From positions 67,518,001 through 67,582,000 of the forward strand of contig NW_027266264.1 in assembly GCF_022045235.1 (NCBI RefSeq): a DNA stretch of 64,000 nt, written 5' to 3'. Every line of letters starts with the position of its first letter. Within the stretch, counting starts at the first letter, position 1. The DNA is from Haliotis cracherodii. Its lineage: Eukaryota. Made by a program: the position numbers and the translations under genes. The notes under the pieces were generated by a model, which ran no database searches, had not been told where the DNA came from, and saw only the letters and a program-made list of their open reading frames with translations. Shown here in pieces: positions 25,506 through 37,182 of this stretch.

Positions 25506-26703
25506 GCCGCCCCCCAATTTTGTTCCAAATTTGAGGTTGAAAATCATTTGATTTTGTATTTTGTGTGATACATCTCTAAACATAAACAGTCAATTGTTGT
25601 CAAGGTTTGGAAGTTTTACTAGTCTTGACACGGGTCTGGTGTATTCCTTTTTATCAACCCAAACTTTTGCTGTTCGAAGTCTACCATCCACGCTCACACA
25701 GGTCTCAACTACACGACCAACCGACCATTGAGCCTGAATCTGCTGAGGGTCAACGATTAGCACCACATCATCATCACACAAGTCACTTCTTCTGGTTCTC
25801 CATTATTGTTGAATTTGAAGAGTGGGCAAATAGTACCTCACATATCTCTTCCAGAACTGATCAGCAATCACCTGACTGTGCCGCCAGCACTTCCTACCCA
25901 AAAGCCCTTCTTCTGGGTACACTTCCTGTGGCAGTGGGGGGTCAAGCCTCCCAAAAAGGAGGGTGTTTGGTGTCACAGGATCAAGGTCAGCCTTATCGGT
26001 CGGGACATAACCTAGAGGTTTTGAGTTCATTATGACTTCAACTTCTATAAGAACAGTTCGCAGGACTGGCTCAGCCACTGACTGATCTCCAAGGACAACT
26101 CTAAGGCCATGTATAATAGACTTTATTTCACTCTCCCAGCAGCCACCAAAGTGAGGGGCATAAGGTGGATTATACTTGAAGCATATCCTCTGCTTGGTCA
26201 ACTGTTGAGCGATCTCAGGGCTCATTGAGGTAAATGCTTCAGTCAACTCAAGGTCACCATCCTTGAAATTGGTACCACAGTCTGAAAGTATTTCATAGTG
26301 TTTCCCTCTGCGGGCTATGAATCTTCTCAAAGACATGAGTAAAGCATCACTGTCCATACTCTTGAGCAGATCCAGGTGAACTGCCCTCTTTGTGAGACAC
26401 TTGAAGACAATTCCCAATCGCATTTCTCCTCTGCAGCCAATCTTGACCCACATTGGTCCAAAACAATCCACGCCAATCGAGTAGAATGCGGGTTTGTACA
26501 GTGGAAGGCGTGAGGGAGAGATCTGCCATCTGGGGTATCTGAGGAGATGTACATGATCTCTGACATGCTGTACAAAGTCTCTGATGGCGTCTAATTGCTT
26601 CCCATCCCCTCAGTATCCATAACTTTCATCGAACTTCTGCATTCCAGTCCATAATGGTGCAAGATTTCATCAAAGTCCTCGATGATGAGTTTTGTTATGG
26701 GAA

Positions 26704-26908
26704 ACCCATGATTGTGGGTTCGAATCCCGGTTCTCCCCAATTATGTTTCTAGGTTTGTCAGCACCATACCCATGCTCAGGGGTTTCACCGAAGTGGTAAA
26801 CGTCTGAGACCTGCATCACTTCAGGCTGTCCTCCCACATTAAGCTGACACGCCGTGATATAACTGGAATACTGTTGAAAGCGGCGTTAAACCCAACTCAC
26901 TCACTCAC
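26704..26908 (+). mobile_element. 5'-truncated family-D SINE inserted in BEL pol
   Basis: 11-bp TSD TGTTATGGGAA (26693-26703, 26909-26919); absent from BEL copy 2 at ~41330. Confidence 0.85.
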
Positions 26909-29046
26909 TGTTATGGGAAGTTTAGGGTTGAGGACTTTAGGGTGTTTGACATTGTCTGGGAGTCCCTCAGCCTGTCTGAGTCTACCACCAACTCCTACCA
27001 TGCCATCAGATGCGTCATTCTGGATTGAGTTCTATAAGTCTGCTTGTACGGGTTATTGCTTTGCCTTCTCTGAATGATGCAATTCATCAGGAAAGCATAC
27101 CAGCTGAATTTGTTGAAACAACAGTGTTCCCGCTTTCTCTATGAGTTCAACTTCATCAAATTGATAACTTATGGCCGCCCCGTCAAGGCACTCCATGTTA
27201 GCCTTGACTAGTGATTCCCAGTTATTGTACTGAGAACAATCATGAAGGTTCACACCTGAGATATTGCCACAGAAACTTTTTTTCAGTTCATCTGCTACCT
27301 CAGAAGCATCAGGAATATCACATTTGTCTATGAGTGTCGGACGTTTCTCAGAGGATTCTAGAAGGAAAAGAGGACTGTTCCTCCATTGGGAGGCAACACA
27401 GAGTTCCTGCAAGGTTAAACCTCTTGTGACATCATCGGCTGGGTTATCCATGTGTTCACATAACGCCAGCTGTCTGCAGGAGTCAGGGGTTGTATCTCAG
27501 GCCCGAGTCCCAACAAACACCTTGTACCGACAGAACTCTGACTGAAGCCATGTCAAGACAGTTGTTGAGTCACTCCACAATATGGTATCTTGGATCGTTA
27601 TGCTCAGTTCTTTGTGAAGTTTAGTGGCTAACTGTGCACCAGTAAGGGCAGCAGAGAGTTCTAGTCTGGGCATTGAGATCAGCTTCTCAGGAGCCACTCT
27701 ACTTCTCACAGCCACAAAACTGACAGCTATCTCACCATTACTCTCTGCACTTCTCAAATAGGCAACTGAACCACAGGCACGCTCCGAAGCATCACAGAAT
27801 ATGTGCAGTTGTCTCTGTGACTGAGAAGGATCATGGTTTCTAGATGTGTAGCATCTTGGTACCTCCACCTTCAGCAAGCACCTTTCTCAGATTTGTAACT
27901 TGTTTCTTTGCTTGGCCAGGATTCATCCGACTATCCAGGCAGTTGTCTTCGGAGAAAGCCTCACCAACACACTTCATAACTTCAGGGTTCCGCCGCTGAT
28001 CGTCAATTGCTTCAGTAGGGCAATGGTCACACAACATTGACTGCAAGTAGTCCCTAAGGTCAGTACCTGCCATTAGTATACATCTGGATCCCCATTATTG
28101 TTCATATTGCGCCACAGGAATCTGAGGATGGGTTTGTCTTCAAGTAGGAGTTCCAAGGTGATGGGGGATTAACCATGATTCATCGGTTAACCTTGCCTGT
28201 TCGTCACTTATGATTAGCACAAAACCTGCATCAACTAGTCTCTGAATATGATTATTGTGGATCTTTGCAACTATTGGTGATTCTGATGGTGTTTCTCAGT
28301 TCGTCTCAGGTTCGACATCACAGCTTACTTTCCTGCCTGTAACATAATATGGTCCGATTTTCACAGGAATGGTGTTGCATAGTGCTTACCATCGCTAACT
28401 TTCACATGCACTGTTTTAGCTTCAAGTTTGGATATAACTCCTAGATCCTGTTTGGAAAGAGTTACTTTTCGCTCATTGAAAGGCAAAATGTCAACTTGCC
28501 ATAGTCTTTCAACATTGTTCATCACCTGATCTGGACTGGAAACTGCCGTGAAATGGCGTTGGATGTCTTTGGGATTCATGGATAGCTGACTTGGTCCCTG
28601 GAGGGCCCAGTCCAGCTTGGTATGCACTGCCACTGGAGCTTGTTCCGGATCATTAGATTTGTTGGGTTGGCAATATGAGATCTGCATGATCAGAACCCAT
28701 GAGGATAGTAGTGATAGCTTTGTCGATCATTGGCAAAGGTGTATTTCTCAAATAAAGGTAGTGCATCTTGAGGGCTTCCACTGGATACAAGTACTCTGAC
28801 AAGGATAGCTGCTCTGAGGTAAAAGCGTTGAAAATCGGGAATCTAACATTGGGTCTGTCTCTGGATGAGATCAGAAGATTCACGCTGTGACCTTGGCAGT
28901 TGAAAGGTCCTTCATGAACTGTCGTGAGCATGATATTATCTGGCGTCTTCGGTAGGTTCAACTGCTTCACCACAGAGGTCAGTATCATTGTCCTCATCAA
29001 ACCAACATCTAAAACAAAAAAGGTAACTTGGTTGGGAATTCCAGGA

Positions 29047-31320
29047 TTAGATCTTGTCGTTCATGCCTTGCGGGTGGATGGTTTTCAGATCGAATATCTA
29101 TTTGAGTTCAATGGATAGGCGTCTAGCCATGCTCTGAGCTGACTCAGGGTCTGTTTTGAGCTGTTGTATGATTTGATAGTGTAGGTCTCTGGTTGAGTGA
29201 CCTACAGAGTTGAAGTGTTAAGCGACAGGTTTGTCCCTCTGATGGTTTGTGTCCGCAGAGTGTTCTTCGAGTCTGTTGCCGAAGTGGCGTTTGGTTTCGC
29301 CTACGTATTGTTTACCAAATTTAGTGCAGCTTAGCAAGTAGATTATGTTTCTGCTTTTGCAAGTGAAATGCGAATGGCATTTATATGTCTTGTCTGTTGT
29401 GTGGCTGGTGGAGGTGTTAACTGGCTTCATATTTATGCAGATTGTGCATGATTGTTTGTGACAGCTGTCATCTAGGTTTGGTACAGTGCAGCCACTGATT
29501 TGTGGTTTAGGTGGTGGATATGTGATTGCCGCTCTCATGAAGATATCTCTGAGTGTGGGGTTCTTCCTATATGCCGTGATGTGCGGGACTCGGAAGGTCT
29601 TTGCAGATGTCTGTACCTTGAAGTAGGTGCCAGGACTTTTTTTATCATAGAGCTAACCTTGAGTGCAGTGGGGTTGTAATCTGTGATAAAGATCACTGGT
29701 TTAGTGTCTTCTGAGGGTGTCTGTTTTTGTAATAAGAGGGACGTTCTCTCTTTAGCGTTAGCTTTCGTTTCGTTGTCCAGAGAATTTTCTTGGGGTAACC
29801 TCTCCTGAGGTAGTACTTTACTAGATTGTTGCTATGGAACTCATATTGTGACTGCGAGCTGTATATCTTTTTGAGTCAGAGTAATTGGCTGTATGGTCCT
29901 TTGACTTTGATGTGACGCGGGTGGCAGGAGGTATATAACAGTATAGGTCAAAGTCCAGTTTGTTGGTAGCTTGGTTAAATATGACCCATGTATCTGAGAA
30001 AGCCACTCTTTCCCTGGAAAATTCGGTCGTGAATTTAATGGTGGGATGTGATTGGTTCATTTCTTCAATGAAAGATTCTAACCTAGTGTAACCCAGAGTC
30101 CAAATGAGGAAAATGTCGTCTATAAATCTGACGTAGAAGTTTGCACTATCAGTGGGTTTTTTTAGAAGTTTTTCTTCTAGTTCTCCCATGAAAATGTTTG
30201 CGTATGATGGGGCTAGTTTGGTACCCATGGCTGTTCCTCCCGTTTGTACAAAGTGTACATTGTTAAAGACAAAATTGTTTTTGTATAGCACAAGTCTAAG
30301 TAAAGAAAGTAAGCTTGTGGGGCTAATGGACCAGTCAGGTTTGAAGCGCCTAATGGCCTGAGCTACTGAACGGAGGCCTTCCGTGTTTGGTATATTGGTG
30401 TAACGTGGTGTGACGTCCATAGTGACAAGAATGATGTCGCTATTGGGTGGAAGGTTGAAAGTGCCTACGGTCTGGATAAAGTGGGTGGTGTCCCTGATGT
30501 TACTGGGATAATGTTTGATGAACTCTTATGTGTTTGTCAACGAAGCTGCTAATCAGTTTAGTGGTCGTACCGTTCCCCCTTATGATAGGGTTTTTTATGA
30601 ATTTTGGGCAGGAGGTAAAACTGGCCGGGTTTGGGGTGTTTGGGTTACAGTCCATTGAATATTTTGTAAGTGATCTCTTCTTTGGTGAAGATTTTGGTGA
30701 GAAGTTGTGTTGTTTCATTAGCAAATTCCATGATGGGGTCATGGTCTATTTTGAGATAAAAGTTGCAGTCAGTGAGTTGACGTGTGGCCTCTTGTATGTA
30801 GTCAGTAGTGTTTAGATAAACGACTGCTGATCCTTTATCAGCTTTTTTTATCACGATTTCTGAGTTGTTTTTGAGACGTGTGATGGCTGTTCTCTGTGCA
30901 CGTCTGAGGTTGTTACGTATGAACGGGATGGTGTTCATTTTGAGAAATTGGTGTTTGACTGATTAGATAAAAGCATCAAGCGTCTGGTCTATGCCTGGAT
31001 TTGGGGTTCATGTGCTTCGTGGGCCAAATTTAGGCTCTAGATTGTTGAAATTATCAACTGTATCTGATTTGTTTGGCTCATGAAAGAAATGAGAGATTCT
31101 CATTCTCCGGAAAAAGGCTTTAAGATCTGTATATATTTTGCTAAGATCCATATCTAACGGTGTCGGGCTAAAAGTAAGGCCATTGCTAAGAACACTAAGT
31201 TCTGTCTCATTAAGTTGATAATCAGACAGATTGGCAACAAAGGCGTTTTTGTAAGGTTCAGGATTTTTATCCGGCGATATGCCAAGATGAGATTGCGTTA
31301 AAGGGCCGAGGGTGTGCAGG
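29047..31320 (-). pseudogene. PLE RT - GIY-YIG endonuclease polyprotein (disrupted)
   Basis: NLSDYQLNETELSVLSNGLTFSP, IKKADKGSAVV, MDVT..YTNIP..EGL, GTAMGTKLAPSYANIFM, RFIDDIF, CxxxxCxxC linker, NIIYLLSC...YVGETKR, LKTIHPQGMN then stop at 29047-49. Confidence 0.95.
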
Positions 31321-31744
31321 TACTAGTGGGCTACTAAGCTGTTAATTGTGTATACCAAAATGCTACCGTTGCCATGGCCACTAGCGGACCCAACTGTCAG
31401 CTACTGCTTGACAAGACGACTTCCGCTGCCCGGCCCATATACGTGGCAATTGTTTGCCCCAACGTATGTTATTTTACGATTCCCCAGCTGAAAAGTCATG
31501 AAAGACAAGGTTCCCACCGAGAAGCAGGTAACCCCGGAAAGGTTCCCGCTGAAAAGCAGGTAGCCTTAAGCACAAGTATTAATTTGGAAGTTAATTCGTT
31601 ACTAGCAGTGTAGCCCACAAGAACCCCGCCACAAAGCACCAGAGTGCTACCTCACACCCACAGCCACGCGATACACAGAGATAGCATTGTTGCCCTGCTT
31701 GCCTATGTACTGAAAAGAAACACTAACCTGTGGAGATAACATCC

Positions 31745-32290
31745 TTACTGGCGCAAAACAAGCGCAAGGGCATGCAATAAATTGTCCGTAAACACACACA
31801 ATCCTTTGTCACTGAGGTGGACGCCCTCCCAGGGGTACCATGTCTTGTCTGATGCCAGGATCTGGGGATGTGGTACCATTGTACCGCCAAGCTCTTTGAC
31901 TCGGTTGGCCAGTCGGCGGTTGATATTCTTCCGCATCCCCTCGATCTTTAGTGGATCCCTGGCATCGTGACAGTAGCGCCTGGGCAGAATTGAGGATTCG
32001 ATGATCTTGGTGTCAGGAAGCTGGAGTCAAGGTACCATGTCAAGGTAGAGTTGGCTGCCTTTGACCGAGCACAGGTCGTTGGAGCCCAGGTGAATGATGA
32101 GGGCTCTGGGGCTGCGCCGTGTCGCCTTGACCTGTGCATCCAGAATGGTGTCCAGCTCCTGCCGCCTCATCCCCCCCTCGTGCCAGCCATAGCATCCTCG
32201 GTTGATTCGGACTGGTGCCCTTCAGGAGCAAGTACTGGCGTGCCCTGGCCATGTAGCTGGATCCCACCATCCAAACTGTAAACAATAAGA
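31745..32290 (-). pseudogene. SGNH/GDSL hydrolase ORF of the YR element
   Basis: Blocks VWMVGSSYMARA, IIHLGSNDLC (32071-32100), EGVHLSDKG, split by frameshifts. Confidence 0.8.
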
Positions 32291-32322
32291 AGTGTAGTAA
32301 GTACCATGAAAGACTATTTGAA

Positions 32323-33256
32323 TTAATTGTGTAACATTGAATTTGTTGGTAAGCGTATGTAAGCATTGTAGCAATCTGATTTCCACCTGCCGTATTGTTG
32401 TATGAGGTGTTCGGGCACCCCGTTTATGGCTGCGGATGTGGCTGCCCCAATGCGGAAGGAGTGCAAAGCATAGCAAGCTGTGTTTATGTTGCTGTGTGCT
32501 AAGGCCTTTTTTAGGAGTGCCTGGAGTTGGTACCTTGTAACGGGGGAATGGTCGAAATGAACTAATGCATGTTGTGGGCCGGAGGGGCGCGCCTCCAGGT
32601 AGTGCTTGATGGCGACTACCGGACATAGCGGATTACCTGGTATCGATGACATTGTTACTGTTGTCCCCATCCTGTACTGATCAGACTTTGAGTGTGGTAA
32701 AATGGATTGAAAGCTGCTGGGGGTTGCCCGAGAAGCTTAAATTCTGGATGGCGCAACCTGTTTTTGAGGGTCCAGTTTGGACCAGTTCGCTGACCCTAAA
32801 GAAGCCGAAGAAGGCTGTGCAGTAGACTGCCTTGAACAGTCTGGCTTCATATGCTGATGAGCATACGTGAGGCAGATTGTTGGTTACTACCTGCAGTAGA
32901 TCTGCAGTGATCGGTTTTCTGGTGTCTGGTCAGCCCGCTGATTTGGGTAGGCCTGTTAAAATCTTGCCTACCAGGAAATGGTTTGTACAGTCGGTGAGCC
33001 CGTGGAATTTGTGGTGTGAAGACAGCGCTGCAATGTAAGTCTTGACTGTGTTAGGGGAGTGGTGAGTGACCGACAGATAAGCAATAAAGTGTACGACCTG
33101 ATCCAGCGGGACTGGCCACACCTCTTGTAGCTGGTGTGCGGACCGGAACTGGTGCAAGGCATTGATGCCTGTTTGGTAAGTGGCCCATGTATTAGTAGAC
33201 AGAGATTGTTGTAGGAGTCTGCTGGCTTCCTGCCTCAGATCAGCCATATGTTGCAC
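32323..33256 (-). pseudogene. Tyrosine recombinase
   Basis: N-terminal STNTWATY..., AFFGFFRVSEL, SKSDQ, CPV, HSFRIGAAT, GRWKSDCYNAYIR. Confidence 0.95.
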
Positions 33257-34870
33257 GGGATAGATGTGGGGTTCTGGCCCGCAGCTGGTGCTGCCTCTTG
33301 GAAGCGTTTGAGCTGAAACCTCGAGAGAGCATCGGCAATTGTGTTAACAGTGGAACATACATTCTTTGCCTTAAACATAATATTATATCGGAGGCACTGC
33401 AGGATTAGGCGACGGAGTAGGCTCATCACTCTGGGGGCCTTGGTAGACTGTTTGTTGATTATTGCTACGACGGCTTGGTTGTCACAGTAAAAGAGGACCT
33501 TTTTGTTTGCGAATTGCTTGCCCCAAAGTTGGATGGCCAGTGTGATGGGGAACAGCTCCAGGAGCGTCAAGTCCCGTGTAATTCCATCCGTCACCCACTG
33601 GGTTGGCCATGCGCCGTTAAACCATTTGCCCTGCATGTAGGCCCCAAAGCCGGCGCCACCCGCTGCGTCTGAAAACAGATGGAGGAAATCGCTGTCTACC
33701 CATAGTTGGTCCTGAAACACTGAAATGCCGTTACCACTCATAAGAAATGTTAACCACATTTGTAGGTCTTCCTTGACCCAGCTGGTAATCCTAATGTGGT
33801 GAAATGGTTGCCTACCTTTGCTAAGCAGATCGATTAGCCTTCGGCTCAATGCCCTTGCCATTGGTATTTGCCCTGCACATAAAGTTAAGCTTGCCTATGA
33901 GGGACTGAAGGGCCCTTTTTGTAACCTTGATGTTACCTGTTGACAGGATGTCTTGGATTTCCCTTGTCGAATCCTTGATCTTCGACTCTGGGATTCTGAT
34001 CTGCATTGCATTGGTGTCGATTTCCAGCCCTAAGAATGTCAGTTTGGTCGTGGGGCCCACCGTCTTGTCGTGCGCAATAGGGACCCCAAGCTGTTCCAGT
34101 GTATTCACGCATCCGTTGAGGTTGACTGAGTAGTGGCTGGTGCCTGCTGTGCCCCCCGTTAGGAAGTCATCCAGGTAATGCATGATCTGACACGTTGGAA
34201 GATGTGATTGCATGCACCATTGCAAGAAGGTACTAAACGTTTCAAATATGGTGTAAGATATGGAGCAGCCAAATGGTAAGCATTTATTGAAAAAGAACTC
34301 ACCTTCGAATCTGATGCCTAGTAGCTCGAAATCGGATGGGTGGACTGGTATAATTCTAAAGGCCGACTGAATGTCGAATTTTGCTAGTAGTGCTCCCTTT
34401 CCCAGGTGTTGAACCATATGCGTAGCTTCATCAAATCTGGCCTACACAACGGAGCAGGCCTCTGTGTCTATGAAGTCATTTATAGATTTACCCCTGGGAT
34501 AGGATAGATGGTGAATTAGACGGAATTCCTCCGCATGCTTACCCAGATGCTGACCATAGCCTGGCTGCTTCTTGGGCACCAGGCCTATTGGGGATACTTG
34601 GAGGTTGTCCAGGGGGGTCCTTGAAGGGGCCTGCCATCCTGCCAAGATTGACTTCCTTTTGTAGTTTTTGTTCCACGTAGCCTGCCGTGTCTTGGTGCGT
34701 GGCTGATCGCAAGTTTCGTGCCAGGCGACCCATGTGGCTTCCCTGGAACTCGAGCTTAAAGCCAAAGCTAAAACCTACCCATAAATAATTTCTATTTCTG
34801 TAATTGACCCTAGCATATTGGCGTAACCACGGTGCCATTTCATTGAGATCCACGGGGGAAGGGGCCATTG
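33235..34870 (-). pseudogene. DIRS-type RT and RNase H
   Basis: SPIGLVPKK, FRLIHHLSYPRGKSIND, AKFDIQSAFRIIPV, LPFGCS, HYLDDF, FLGLEID; FSDAAG, LELFPI, CDNQAVV, NTIADALSR. Confidence 0.95.
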
Positions 34871-35790
34871 AATTTACCTGCCTTGATGGCTGGTTTTCTG
34901 TTAGGGAAAGGCTGATTGGGCTTGTATGGGGTCGGTTGGACCCCATTCCCTCGAAAGCACGTCCTAGAGCTGTGGGAATGTTTGCCACACTTATCGCATT
35001 TGTGAGTGTACTTGCAGTTGACCCTGCTACAACCAAGTTTATTGAAATCCCAGCATACCTGACTGGCGATGTCCCCCTGTACGCGTGTCATTGCGCCCGT
35101 CCGCCTGATTCTGGTTGTTGTACCGGCTGTGTGACCATGTACTTCAGCCACAACTCCCCGTCAATGTTGTCCCAGCGTTAAGGGGGGTCCCTTGACATTC
35201 TGTGTCGGAATTGTTGGTCGTAGGTTGACCAGGCTTCCCCCCCCGAATCGAAGTGCCGCCGTTCTTATGGTTTCCATGTAGGACAGCAATCCCTGGGTTG
35301 TGCGGACCTCGGAGTGCCTACTAACATAGATATACATGAAAATTTGGAAAGCTGAAGTCGACAAACTCGCCACGCCAGATTGTTTCCCTCACCTGTTGTT
35401 TGACGTGCGCGTCTATTCCATCCGCACGGAAGGATAGAGAATCCCTGTATCCTGAGTTCTGATTGGCTGGCCAAGCCGCGTCACCGTCGGCCTCGGGGAT
35501 TCTACCTATGTTGGGCGAAATGGCAGGAGAACTAAAACCAAGCCTTACCTGTTGGTTTGCTCGTTTACCTGGGTAGCGAAGTTGGCAGCCTGCGCGGCAT
35601 TTACTAGCTGCGCCGATTGCATGTTAATTCTATTGCCACCTTTGATATTTCCGTAAGTGGAAGACTCACCATCAGCTGTTGCCTCCTGCCTGATGTGTAC
35701 TCCCGGGGTTTGTCTTCTGGTTGTCCTGGCCTGCTTGGCTCCCCTCACAAGCTTGTGGTTGACGGCTGCTCTTCTCTTGGGAGGCATCAC
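34840..35790 (-). pseudogene. gag-like ORF of the YR element
   Basis: MPPKRR start, AFQIFMYIY...YMETIR...FGG, C-terminal CWDFNKLGCSRVNCKYTHKCDKCG..H zinc finger. Confidence 0.8.
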
Positions 35791-36300
35791 GAAAGGTCGA
35801 GGTGGTGAGTTGGTATTCCACAAGTGTAAAAATGTCCCGAGGATGAAGTTCGGGAGTAGAATCGAATAAATGCGATATGGCGAGTGCTGAAATAGGTGGT
35901 ATTCAAAGCCTAATCTACAAAACGGTCGCAATTGTGTAAATGCGATACGGCGAGTGTTGGAATAGATGGTATTCAAAGCGTAATCGGCGAAACGGTCGCA
36001 ACTGGGTACAAAGGAAACGTACAAAGCGAAAGCGATTAGATACAGTGAACGCGTGTGTACTTGAAGAAGCACTGTCCGCGAATGATGGACTAACAAAAGG
36101 CGGGATGATGCTCGTGTGGGAATATTCCCCGGGCACGGTGCAGAGTTGTGACCCGGGGGCGATTCATTTACGAGGGGTGATTGGGTTACGGATGTAATTA
36201 GCCAATGGTTTGGATACGCGCGATAAAGTCATTTAGTAGTTAGTACTAAATGTAATTATTTGAACTATCATTGTTCAGATTCAAATGTGAACATTCATTG

Positions 36301-37078
36301 CTATGTATTGTTATTGCCGCTCACATTGAGGGCATTTGCGAGCCGCCTAAGGACTTTTTCCAGTTGGAGATTTCGTGACTGGTTCCGAGTCTTCTTTTTG
36401 AAGGTCTGTCTAGATCTATTGTTGAACCGGTTGAGAGGCCTGGAGTTTCTGGGCTCTTGGCGGTGAGGTCTCCTTGTGGGGTTATGGGGGATGGTGGTAG
36501 GTTCCATGGACAGTTTGGGATCATATGGATTCCTATCGTTGAACTCTATTTTGAGTTCGTTAAAACGTTTATCCAGTTTGGTGTGCCAGTTGGTGGATTC
36601 TCGAGTGGATATTGTTTGGCACGCAGCAAGTATAGTATCCAGTGATGTTTTGTCAGCATCCTTTTGGAGTTTGTTCTTCTCCATAGAGGCTAGGTCTCTA
36701 AGCTCACATATGTTGACTTGTAATTGGGAAATATGTGTTACCATAAGTTTTAAGGCGCATGTTTTTGCTGCCACACTTCTGATTCTGGCCAATTCTGGGT
36801 TGTAATTCTGGCCTGGTGTTGTTGATTGAATGGTCTAAATGACCTTGGAATTAGACTCTTCTCTTTGCATGCAATTGTAATTCCAGTTGCCTATTAAGGG
36901 CGATTTTGCTCGTGAGATTCCTATATGTTTTATATGGGCCGACTAGATTGTCGGGTAAATCCACCACTTTTGCGATGTTATCGGTTGATTTGGATTCTGT
37001 GGTTCCAAATTCAACCACCGTAGTAATAGAGAGGCTTTCTAGGCTGCTGAAGGAGGAAGATGGAGTAATTTCAGCCAT
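36301..37078 (-). pseudogene. Upstream ORF1 / N-terminal region of the PLE (helical then basic)
   Basis: Two ORF pieces (36851-37078, 36301-36792) inside the TSD, downstream of the hammerhead; basic Arg/Lys-rich end as in PLE N-termini; no decisive motif. Confidence 0.6.
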
Positions 37079-37144
37079 TACTCTTGGGTGTTAGAGAGAT
37101 GTGATGAAGATATAGAGTTTGGGGCTAAAATCCAAGAGCAATCT

Positions 37145-37182
37145 AAGCGACTAGTTTTGAGTGGGGTGCTCTCATCAGACCT
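37145..37182 (-). ncRNA. Minimal type I hammerhead ribozyme (core G12 mutated)
   Basis: Minus strand AGGU CUGAUGA GAG-cacccca-CUC aAAA C-UA-G UC GCUU; palindromic ACUAGU stem III. Confidence 0.75.

Larger units (their letters stand above)
31326..36242 (-). mobile_element. Tyrosine-recombinase (Ngaro/DIRS-like) retroelement
   Basis: Order gag - RT - RNase H - YR - SGNH hydrolase, no methyltransferase; ends inferred from shared GTACTA at 31320-25 and 36243-48. Confidence 0.9.

Noticed and set aside
29047-31320. Selenocysteine recoding in the PLE (as reported for some Naiad elements)
   Set aside because: Zinc-finger Cys codons are normal; the in-frame TGA near 31008 falls at a likely Trp position, and other stops are TAA/TAG
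31590-31620. DIRS internal complementary region
   Set aside because: Only 9 nt (GTAGCCCAC) are complementary to one end, with no match to the other
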